This document shows positions 12,701-24,700 of a stretch of DNA of 64,000 nt, piece by piece; position 1 is the first letter of the stretch, and the number at the start of each line of letters is the position of its first letter. The DNA is from Podarcis melisellensis (Eukaryota). The notes under the pieces were generated by a model, which was given only the letters and a program-made list of their open reading frames with translations, was not told the DNA's origin and did not search any database. Made by a program: the position numbers and the translations under genes. Where the stretch lies: assembly GCA_964234715.1 (NCBI GenBank), contig OZ174275.1; one strand, given 5' to 3'.

Positions 12701-15700
12701 CCAGGAATCAAATTGTTCTGAATGAAAGCATAAACTGGCATATCTGATCATCAACACAGAAGAGTTTATTCCCTCATTCAGGTGGGATATGAATGATGTA
12801 TGCAATAGAAAAGTGAGAAAGAGGTACTGAACAAAAAGTCCTTGTTCATTCAGCAACCTGTTTCATAATATTTCGTTCCTTTTCACGGTGTATTTTTAAA
12901 ATGTGATGTAATTTTAAAAGGTATTACAGCACAATTTCTCCTGCTTATTTCCAATATGGAAGCCCTTCAAGCGTCTGATCAAATGCCATTCACATTGATA
13001 AGGCTGTATTTTTTTCTGACCATGATGCATATGTCTTATACAAATATGCTATAGTGAGTAAACGTCTGCTTAAGCCTTTTTCTGTAGTTATTCCACAAGC
13101 ACATCCATGGTACACTGAGGATTCCAATCACTGAGGTTTTTTCACTGCTTTAGTGACCTCGTTGCATTGTTATGTGTGGTGTTCTTTCTGTGGCCTGCAT
13201 TTCTTTGTAAAATAAATTTCCACGAGGAAAGAAAAAAGTGATGTGAACCTTAAAATGCAAAATTCAACAAATACTTACCTCAATAAACATAAAATAAACA
13301 AAGAACAGCTTAAGATATAAGGTGCCAATAGTGATAGCCATTTCATACACCGTTTTTATAAAACAGTGGAGACGAACATTAGATCTATGTTTCCCATGAA
13401 GTTTGATTTGGTACCAAAATAACATGGAAAAAAATGAATCAAAAGAGTGACTGCAGATGTGAAGTTGTTAGATGGACTCATGATCGCTTAGCAGCAGTTA
13501 CATTTTTAGCTGAGGTAATAATTCATTTGGAAGCAGGTATGCAAGAAAATTTCAGGTACATAGTATTCAGATGAATGCCAATGCAGCATTTTATGTTATA
13601 GGCAACATTTACTACAATAAAAGGTTTACATATATCTATGAATCAGGAATCTAACACAGTGACATTTCCTTGAGGTTTATGAGGGAGCACTCACAGGGGC
13701 AAACATTTGGATCAGATCACAACATTCAACAGCATTTTGTTTCAGAGCAACTTGGGATGATGAGCAGTATTCCTACACTACCTAAATGATTTTCTTTCTA
13801 AGTTGCCCTCGTAAAATAACTTTCACCAGGAGGGATGGGAGGTGGGTATGTCAACTATGAATATCGCTGGCCATGGTACTTCTGGTATGTTAAGTTGGAA
13901 ACGGGAGGGACTGTGCTTCTGTTCCTATGTGACCAATCAGTTCCGAAAGGTACTCTGCTCCATGGAATTTATGCTACAGGGTTCCAAAAATATCCATCTT
14001 GAGTTCCTTGCTGTGTAATGTGCGTCTGAAATGACTGTCATCTGCAGACCTGGTCTGAATTGCCATCAGTATTAACATTTGACACACGATTCTCTTTCTA
14101 TCTACATCAACATGGACTACAGAAGCTCTGAACATGTGTTTGAAATTGGGAAAGAGGTTGGAAAAATAAAGATAGACCTTCTGATTCGATTTAATCAGAT
14201 GAAAGGTTAAACATTCTTTTTGTCAGAGTGGTCAACCAGACACTTCAGGGAATCCCACCAGAATGGCATGAGGCCAACCCCCCCCACACCCCTGTTGCTG
14301 GTACCCAGGAACTGGTAGAAAGAAACACTGCCAAGTAAGACTGAAGTACTGTTGGCTGGTGATGTAGTTGAGCAGGAAAGGATTTGGACAGTTCTTGGTG
14401 GGCTTGAATTCACCCTAAAGGATTGGGTTTGCAGCCTGGTGTTGTTAGGTCTGGTCTTGCAGATAACTTGAGTACCCTTCATGGCTCATAGCACCTTTTA
14501 AGCAACCTCACTTGGTACACAAACCGTGGCCATTTTTTTGAAAAACAAGCTCTGGCCAGAGTTATGTTATGCATGCCTTGATAACCTCCAGATTAGATCA
14601 GTGCTATTTGCTTTATGTGAGATATCCTTTCAAGATCATCCAGAAAGTTCAAATAATTTAGAACAAAGTAGCAAGTCTTACCTAGAACTGATAAGACTGA
14701 TAGAAGGAACATTCTCAACAGCACTTAAAGAGGTTTCCTGCCTTCCAATTTGTTTCTAGGCACAATTCATGATGCTGGCTCTAATTTATAGAGCTCTAAA
14801 GCATTGGCTTGGGGCCAGGTTAGCTGAAAAACCACCTATTCCCTAACAAACCTGCCCAGTTATTGTCTTCACAGATTCTACTAAGCATGCCCCTACCTTT
14901 GAGTTGACATGGAGGGCAACAAAGGTGGTGCCTTCTGGCTCATTGCACCATCTGTAGAGCTCCCTCTAATGTCTATTTGCTTAGTACCCTCCTTCGACCA
15001 CTTTCAAGATCCCAGCTAAAGGCACTGCCTCTTTGCACACCCTTTATTACCTTTGCTTTCATGGCTGTCTTAAAACTGCTTTGAGAGATGGTTAAAATTG
15101 CTTCTAACCCCCATCACCCCAATTGCCGACAGTTATGTTTCGACAATGGACTGAATTATTTATTTACGTGAATTTCAATAGCCTTGGAAGCTGCCTCAAA
15201 TCAAAGCTGAGAGCTGAAGCACTAACATTTTAAAAGTAAATTAATGTAGGACTCTTCCTTATGTAAAAAATGTTACTTACGTAAAAAATGTTACCGCTGG
15301 AGGTTTTACATACAATGTTCTTATAAGACAATTGGTTTGTTCACAACAGTCACATAAAAACAAATTGTGCCTCTACAGTGAGTATGTGACCCCAACATAT
15401 CAGTTCATGAACTTATCTACACACACCTCATTCAGTGTCCACCCAACCATAAGGGCAACACGGTAAGACAGATGTTTCCTACCATTTGTTACAGAGCAAC
15501 AGTTAGAAATTACAGGAACCCCCAGGTACAGAGTAAGAAAGGGATGTTTCCTATATAATTCTGCCATTTCCTCCCCACTGAATGTAGTATGCCCATCTGA
15601 ATGTATTCTATGAAAATCACAATGTACTGCTATCTCCTGCTTTTGCACCTCCAGAATTACCATCAGAAACCTTGGCCACCAGTTCCAAGTCACTAAATAT

Positions 15701-18700
15701 CTAATTTAACCTAATGGACTGAAAGCTCATGAAACTACTATAAACTGAGACGATAGTAAGGAACACTCTCTGAACTCGAACAGGGACTGAATATGTAAAA
15801 ATTCTCAATTATGCGTTTGTATATAAAATTAATTGCTGAATGCAAAAGGAAAAACTTACTATAGTTAGTCAGATATACAAGAGTATATGAGGTCAAAATG
15901 CACGCACTGCCATAAAAAAATCATGTAACTATTTACAAATCATGTTAAATCCATCAAGATTTTACACTACGCAGGTATGACAAAATATGACACTGAATTA
16001 GAGACAGTAATATATACATTTCTTGCATGTGAAGACTTTATTGGGTAGATTCTTTTCAACTACTTAGCTCTCCAGCATGAGATTTTGGCTGATATTAGGA
16101 ATTTACGATGCTCTTTTGAGATTTCAATAGCACATCCAACAGAACTTAGCAGCAGAAAATGTGCCACAACTGAAAAGGCTATTTTATGCAAACAGTATAA
16201 GCAATGAAATAGTCTCTTTATACTACACCCTAACACTGAGTATGAGCGTATACACTGTGTGTGTATGTCTTGTGAGTATGCACCAATATTCAAATTCAAA
16301 CTCTCAAGGGTCACCACACACACTTTGTTTTCCAGCTTATGCTGCATACTCTCAATGTAATCCAAAGCAGAGCGATAGCTTCTCAGATAGCATGTTCAAT
16401 TAATCAATGCTAATTTGATTATGGAAACCCCTTTCCTGTGTTGCATGATTGACACCAACCCAGACTGATATAGATATCTGCTCTGCAGTTTAATATAGAT
16501 GGTTTTATTTACTGTTTCATATGATTTTTTAACTTTAGTATTGCCGTTGTGTATTACATTGACTTTTACAGCACTGAGACTGCTGTGATAAAAGGCAGGT
16601 TATCAGTGCTTTAAATACGTAGACAAATGCTGAATATGCCTGCAGTACCTAAAATCCTGGAAGTTAAAGGTATCATGGAACCTCGGAAGCCGAATGTAAT
16701 CTGTTCTGGAAGGACGTTCGACTTCCGAAACGTTCAAATTCAGAGGCGCAGCTTCCAGCTGGCTGACAGCTAGGCTTTTTGCAGATCAGAAGTCGAACGT
16801 TCAGATTCCGAGGAATGTTTGAAAACCAGAACATTTACTTCCGGGCTTTCGACGTTCGGGAGCCGAAATGTTCGGGAATGAAGTGGTTTGAGAACCGAGG
16901 TTCTACTTTACAATGAAGGGAATGGGGTACAGTGGTACCTCAGGTTACATACGCTTCAGGTTACAGACTCCGCTAACCCAGAAATAGTACCTTGGGTTAA
17001 GAACTTTGCTTCAGGATGAGAACAGAAATTGTGCTCCAACAGCACGGCAGCAGCGGGAGGCCCCATTAGCTAAAGTGGTGCTTCAGGTTAAGAACAGTTT
17101 CAGGTTAGGTACGGACCACCGGAACAAATTAAGTACTTAACCTGAGGTACCACTGTACTTTATTAGTATTTTGTCCAGCAAAGCTTTCAAGACTGATGCT
17201 GGAAAGCAGCACTAATGGTTTAATTCAATCTGTTTAACAGAGAAACTGAAAAGTAATGGGAGTTCCTTTATGCCAACATTCATCGTATTTTTCGGCATTA
17301 TGTATATATTATTTCTTTGATTATTTCTTTCACAAATGTGCTAATAAAATTGATTTCAATGGTCAGGCAACTTCCTTTTGAATAAGGTTTATTCCTATGA
17401 ATCCTATGAAACAAAAGCTGCACTTCCAGAAGGCTTTTTGATGCATTACTTAGGCTGGTCAATTAAATTACTGCATTATGGCAGTAGTATAAGAGGAAGC
17501 ATGCTATTAAATAAGATGGTTGAAAATAAACGTTAAGACAGAAACAAGGTGAAGTATGGGCTTCATATCTTCACTCAGAAGTATTGAGGCTTACCGTAAT
17601 TAAATGTAAAGAATGAACTGACACTTGATGTCATCACAAGTTGACCAAACTTTCTAGTAACAGTACTTAGACATGCTCGTGGTCATTTGTTGTTCCCAAC
17701 GATGCTACAGCAAGGCATAGTGCCGAGCAACATATGAAAACTAATCAGTTTAATATAAATGCCCCGTAAATAAAATTATAGTGTAAAGAAGAATATAAAT
17801 TGATTCTATTGTCCTCAGCAGCTCAGCAGGAAATGCAAATGCAACTCACTTATTTGAATGCTAGAATAAAAGTAACATCATTACGCAAACCACACAAAAA
17901 GCTACAAGTTAAAGGATTCGATTATTTGTACCTTTTCCAACAATAAAAGGTAAGTGCATATTACACAGCTCAGAGATATTTGTATTTTCAGAAATGGCAT
18001 ACCCAATTCATATCATTTTGCCTTAGGGCAAGTGTTCAGAGCTGCAAACAAGAGATGTGCAAATACTGTCATATATATTTTACTTGGAAAAAAGAAATGA
18101 AATACCCACCTAGTTTTGCTTCAGAAGTATCCATCTCCCATTTGCTTTTCGGAATGTAACCCTAAATCATATACAGAGAGAAGCTCGAAGGATTAGAGAG
18201 AGATAAGAGACATAACATACATTTTAATTTGCAAAAGCATTATACTGTAAACATTTCCTTAGGGCTACCTGAATGAGAACTGTGAATGGGAAGAATGTTT
18301 TTTAAAATGCAAACTACTGCAAACAAAATCATAATTCCATCATATCCAGTGCAAGAGATCACTCTCAGTAAATAAAGGGCTCCTGAGTCAGTTTACAGCA
18401 ACAACAGTAGAAAGACATATTACATACTTCTCACTGTGGCATGATCTGAAGTATATTTGTGACAAGTCACAGAGACCCAGGCACATCATGGATCTCCAGA
18501 TTTCCCCAACTCTGTGTGCTGCATCATAATGCCCTAATTTTGGGGAGGGGGAGAGGGTGGAGCAGGAATGAGGCTTAAGAGGTTCTAGGGTTTGAGTAAA
18601 GAGTTTTACCCATTGTTATTTGCATTCGTTCCAGAGTATTTTCCACAAACATAGGATCAAATTATTTATTCTGAAATAGGTATCTTTTTTCAACCGTACA

Positions 18701-21700
18701 GAAGAATTCCGCAATTTGTGTTCCGACTACACAGTGTATTTTTATTAAACAATTTTATAATGGCACAAATATTTAATATGAGAGAACATAAAAATGCCGT
18801 GCGAATCCAGTTTTATTCCTTTGGCTAGCTTTAGATTATATTTTATATATGAGGATATCTCCATATGCTCAGCTTGAGTTTGATGATGTTTATGTTATAT
18901 GGTGCTAGTCACAGATGTAATGCCAAGTGTAATGTGTGAACTTAAACAAGTCCGGTTCCGATCCAACGGAGCATGTCTGAAGTACTTGATGAGTAACTTG
19001 CTTTTTCAAAAATAAGAAGAAATCCCATCAACCAGCTATTTGGTAGCAAATGGGACTGAATACAGTGCTTGTTCTTTCTCCTGAGCAGCTGACACTATTT
19101 CAGCTTTGTAAAGAAAACAATGTTTATGCAGCCCGGGCTGCTGGATTGGAAAGCGGTACTGAGAAATAAACACATGTTTTGTGAACAAGACTGCCCCATT
19201 CAGCTACCGACATACATGCACGGCCCTAAGTGGACCAAAGTGAAAGTCTGTAATAACAAAAGTACAACCCTAACAATCATTCTTTGTTAAGATTTTATGT
19301 GAACGGTGTGTCTCAACTGAATATAACAAACATTTAACTTCATCCAGATAGGACAGATGTACAGTTAGTTGGTAGAAAACCTGATCTAGAAGCAGATGTA
19401 CAACCTGTTTTGGATGTACTCTGCATTCCTTTTGATGAATCAGGTTTGTAGCATGAAGAATGCTCCTTGATCCAGTGCTGATTTTCAAGGTTGTGACTTG
19501 GGAGTGTCTTTTACCTACTTAGGCTGTTATACCAGCTGCTACCTTCCCTGGAAAATTCACATCTGGTTGTAGTCATTTATGCACCACAAAACTTTGTAAC
19601 CCGCGCTACATGGGGTTGCCCTTGAAAAGTGTCCCAAGACTTTAAATAGTGCAAAATACCACAGCCAGGTTGCCAGCAGGAACGAGCCAGTCAGAGCATA
19701 TTATTCCAAGTACTGGTTGATCTGCATTGTCTGCTGATTGGTTTCCAAATTGAGTTCAAGGTGTTTGTTCTTACCTTTAAAGCCCTACACATCTTGGGCC
19801 CTATGTATCTTAAAGGCCAATGTATCTCTGGTAAGTAGTACCTCAAGGGCATGCACAATGCAAAGTTTGACGCTTGATAGGTAACGAGTTTGGTGAATGT
19901 CCACCAAATTTTTAGTACTACTGCTAGTTCTATGAAATGCTCTCCCCAGAAAGAATCACCTAGCCCCAAAACGGTATGCCTCCAGGTGCTAGTCAAAAAC
20001 TTGACTCTTTGGGAAGACGTTTGGAGCCCGGTGGTTCTGTTCTCTCATATATGAGTTATTCCATAGTCCCGTGCTTCCACTGAAATGACCATGTTGTCTA
20101 TTTTTGTTCTGCCACTGCGTACTTTTGCTTTGGTTTTTACTGTGCTCTTTCTATTGACCATGTTGCTACCTGTCTGGATTATTTATATCATGCTTTATTA
20201 TATAAATAATAAATAAATAAATAATTTCAAATAAACTAACCTTGTAAACCCTTATAGGTAACTCAGTTCATATAAATCCAATTAATGAGTCAGAATTCCA
20301 TAAGTACATTTAGTTTCCTCATTTTAGAAATTCAGGAGTTTACTGCTTCTGTGAGAATGTTATTAATCTGATCCTTAGTTCAAACCATGAAAAGCAAACA
20401 ACAGAGGCCGAAGACAGAAGTGAAAAAAGGCAGAGGAGGAACTCTTTCTTCTTCTGATAGCCCCACAACTGCTTTTCTCATTCCTTCTCCACCCACCCTT
20501 TTGAAATACTGCCCCGGTTGTTGCTTTTCCTTACAAAACAAATTGAGGGAAATGTACACAAAATTTTGTATAGTGTGTAATTTGGCCCTCACTTCTGCTA
20601 TAAAGAAATGGCATAACACCAATGGAGTAATTCCGATTTCAAGAATGAAAAGCAAAGAACCTCTCAAATGGCGCAATATCCCTATGTATTTAGAATATTT
20701 TCCAGCTATTAGCCATTGGGCCAAATTTCTTCAAGCTGTTTTCAACCTTACCTGTGAGTTCTTCTCACAAAATGGGTCTTCCCTCTCCACTGCAACTTTC
20801 TGCACACCAAGAAAAGCAGTTCCTGAGGGTTTGGAGACCCTCTGGAAGGGCATGAAATAAGCATGGAAAGACTGCAATGGGAAGGGAGAAGTGCTGAACA
20901 TATGTAGTATCTTCCCTTGTGTAAGGAGAAGTACCTTTTGCTTGGCATCTTTGGGTCCAAACCATTGTCATAGTGGATCAGAAAATGTGGATCAAGAAGT
21001 GGTGAAATAAAAGAAAGTGCACAGTAAGAATAAATGGACTGTTATTCCAATGGAGGGCTGTAGAAAGTAGAGTCCCCCGAGATTTGGTATTGGGACAGGC
21101 ACTTTTTAACAATGTAGAATTAGGGGAGGGAAGTGAGGAGGCCAAGGTTGCTGATGTTCACAGTCATTAAAACAAAAAGAGATTGTGAAGAGCTCTGAAA
21201 GGACCTCTCCAAACTGTGATAATGGACGACTAAAATGGCAAATGCATTTCAATGTAAAGAAGAGTAAAGTGATACACGGCGGTGCAAAAAATATAAATCT
21301 CACGTATATGTTCAAGCAGTCTGAACTAGTGTTGACTGACCAGGAACAAGACCTTGGGGTCGTAGTGCATAGCTCGATGGATATGTGAATATGTTGACCC
21401 AGTGTGCAGTAGCTGTGAAAAAAGCAAATTCCATGCTTCGGATTGTTAGGAAGTGAACTGAAAATAAAATTGCCGATATCATAATGCCGTTTCACAAATC
21501 TATAGTGCGACCGCATTTGGAATACCGTGTGCCTTTCTGGTTGCCTATCCTCAAAAAAGATATTGTAGAATTGGAGAAGGTTCAGGAAAGGGCAACCAAA
21601 ATGTTAAAGGGGACGGAGCATCTCCTCTGGGAGAAAAGGTTAAAAACATTTCAGGCTCTTTGGTTTAGAGAAAAGCTGAGCCAGAGGCAACATGATAGAA

Positions 21701-24700
21701 GTGCATTACGCCATGTACGTTATGGAGAAAGTAGATAATTCCCCCCTCTCTCATAGCAACAGAATTCATGGCCATCCATCCAACGAAGCTGAGTGTTTCG
21801 AGATTCAGGAAAGATAAAAGAAAGTACTTCTTCACATAGTACACAAATTATGGAATTCTATCCATAAGAGGCAGTGATGGCCACCAACTTTAGAAGAGAG
21901 GCTTTAATAGAGAATTAGACAAATGCCATCAAGGGCTACTGACCCTGATAGTTGTGTCCACTGCCAGAGGAAGTATGCTTCTGAATAGCAGCTGCTTAAG
22001 TGCTGTTGCTGGGGGAAGGTCCAGGACGCTGGTGACCTTCCTTTGCCAAGGTCATAAGTCAGTCTTAGGCTAACAAGCTTTGGTATTTGTCCATCCATCT
22101 GGTGTTTGAAGATCTTCAGGAACAATGACAACCTCCAAACCGGTCCTCTCAGTCCCTCACTGAGTCAGCAGAAAACAACGCCCCAAAGACTAAACCAGAC
22201 GCATCGATGACTACATATTTATGAACTGTTCTCAATAAACCTAACTTTTAGTTTAACAGTATAAACCACATTTGTGTGGATTTTTAATAGCTGCTATCCT
22301 TCATCCTAATAGTTGTTTCTCATTAACATTCAGAAGGGGATTATTGGGAAACAGTCAGGACCAGACTACCCTCCTGAGGAAGGCAACATCCTCATGGTCT
22401 TTTACATGGTCTGTAAAAGATCCGTGTCCTCCCCCCCCCCCAAAAAAATCTACCTGATGGTGCTGGATCTGCAGACTTTTAAACAAGAGAACTCAGTGGC
22501 TATACCAGATGAACAGACTTTGAGCATCTGTAGCTCTTACACCTTCTGAGGTAAATACGGAGTACTCTATGAACATCAAGTCAAAACCACTGCTCTTTGA
22601 GTTGGAGTATATCATCCAAATAGTTCACCTTGCATATGCATTTAGAGTTCCAAGCTCCAGCTTAATAGGAAGCTCAACCAGCAGTCCACTTTTGTACAAA
22701 GCCTTAGAACTGAAATTAAGACAGCAAAAATACTTACAATGATGAAGTACTACAAATAGAAATCATTGATTCTAGAGCGTGGAAACGTCCTTGTGTCCTC
22801 ATATAATTCACAATGGACCTCCCCACAAGCAGTAATACTATAAATATGTCACCCTCAAAATAACTATAGTTATGTATCAACTATATATCTGATACACTCA
22901 TTTTATAACCCTTTAAAATGGTTATATTCCTGTTTGGGTTCTGTAAACAAAAAATGATTTAAAATAAAACTCAAATACATTACTGTAAACGTTCTATCCT
23001 TTCAAAAAAAAAACCTGAAAAGTAAATAAACAATTTACCAACTTGAAACATGTCACTAACAAGCTTCTAAAAATGGCTCTTGGCCCAATATACCAGGGAT
23101 GAATTAGGAGTTCTGAATATATATGCACTGTGAAGCATTTTGATTATATCACCACTTAAACGTATCCACTATCATAAAGTTTCACTCATTTGAGTCATGG
23201 AATTATATCTCGTTGTACGTTTAACCTCCAGTATCTTTGTCTTGCAGGTTACCCAGACTTTTATTCTTGCCATCAGCAGAACTTCCAAAGATCTCAAGAG
23301 CCAGTTCCTGGATGCTTTGAGAGATTATCAAAATGTTACCAGTCATTGCTGGGGCATCTCCTTTCATCTCTAGTTACTGCTGCTCAACTTCCAGGCAGAT
23401 CAGTGAAGCCAACTGAATTCCAGATGCTGGGATTTGGCTGTTTGCGGCGCATATATACATATACATGTTGTTGTTGTTTAGTCGTGTCCGACTCTTCGTG
23501 ACCCCATGGACCAGAGCACGCCAGGCACTCCTGTCTTCTACTGCCTCCCAGAGTTTGGTCAAACTCATGTTAATAGCTTGGAGAACACTGTCCAACCATC
23601 TTGTCCTCTGTCGTCCCCTTCTCCTTGTGCCCTCCATCTTTCCCAACATCAGGGTCTTTTCCAGGGAGTCTTCTCTTCTCATGAGGTGGCCAAAGTATTG
23701 GAGCCTCAGCTTCACAATCTGTCCTTCCAGTGACCACTCAAGGCTGATTTCCATATACATATACACATACATGTATGTGTGTGTGTGTGTGTGTGTGTGC
23801 GTGCGTGCGTGTGTGTGTGCGCGCGCACATGAGAATAATCAAAGAAACATGGTCTCCATAAAACAGTCAGGATCACCTCAGCTTTGCTTGTTCAAATTAT
23901 TGTCACAAAAAAGCAGGAATATGTATCAAAGTCCAAAGAGGCCATTCCACTGGCATGATGCTCGTAGCTTCCAGCTGGTTTTTCCAGTACCTTGAGTAAC
24001 TGTTTTACCTTGATATTGGTTATTTCTTTGTCAGAGACGCATCAATTATTTCTTGACATGTCTCTGAATTCAGCACCTTCTCATGGTTCAATTATATATG
24101 AATCTCAGAAATCTCATAAGTAAGCTGCAGAACCCAAGAATAGTCAAAATCAACTGATGCATGGCACTCTGTCTTCTTCAGTAACTTCAATTCAGAATTC
24201 TTTTTGAGGTGAACTGGTTCAGGATCATGAAGTTCAGAAAGTGTTAATTGTGCCCTATTATCACTGAAGGGGAGGGAAGGTACCAGTGGAACATCCTTGA
24301 TGAGTTGCTCAACAATGGAATGTAAGACCTGTAAGTGCTGTTCAACAGTCGAAACGACTACCTTCCATATCTCAGAAATAAGTAATGGCACCAAAAGCTT
24401 AATTGGATTTCTTCTTTTTTAGTGGGGAGGCTTGGCATGGTTAGGAAAGACAGGACAAATCTGGCACAATACACACAATCCAGCTGTTCTCTCTCTTGGA
24501 CATCTTGGCTGGGGATTGTGCATTGCCATATGGTGTAGAAGAGCTGTAGCAACAACCCACTTCCCACAGGCAACGGATTCTGTGTTGGGCTGTTGTCCGA
24601 TTTCTTCCTGACTTTGGTGTTGCATTAGAAAGAAGGGCCTATCTGGTTGTCAGCTTCTTAACCAAGCAATCTTGGGTCTTCTAGCTTCCTTTAAGCCATT

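Noticed and set aside
15270-17850. Cluster of GTRAG decoy donors in intron 18
   Set aside because: The count is about what chance gives in AT-rich DNA of this length
23465-23995. 176-aa plus-strand ORF
   Set aside because: Antisense of Bov-B plus a (TG)n microsatellite
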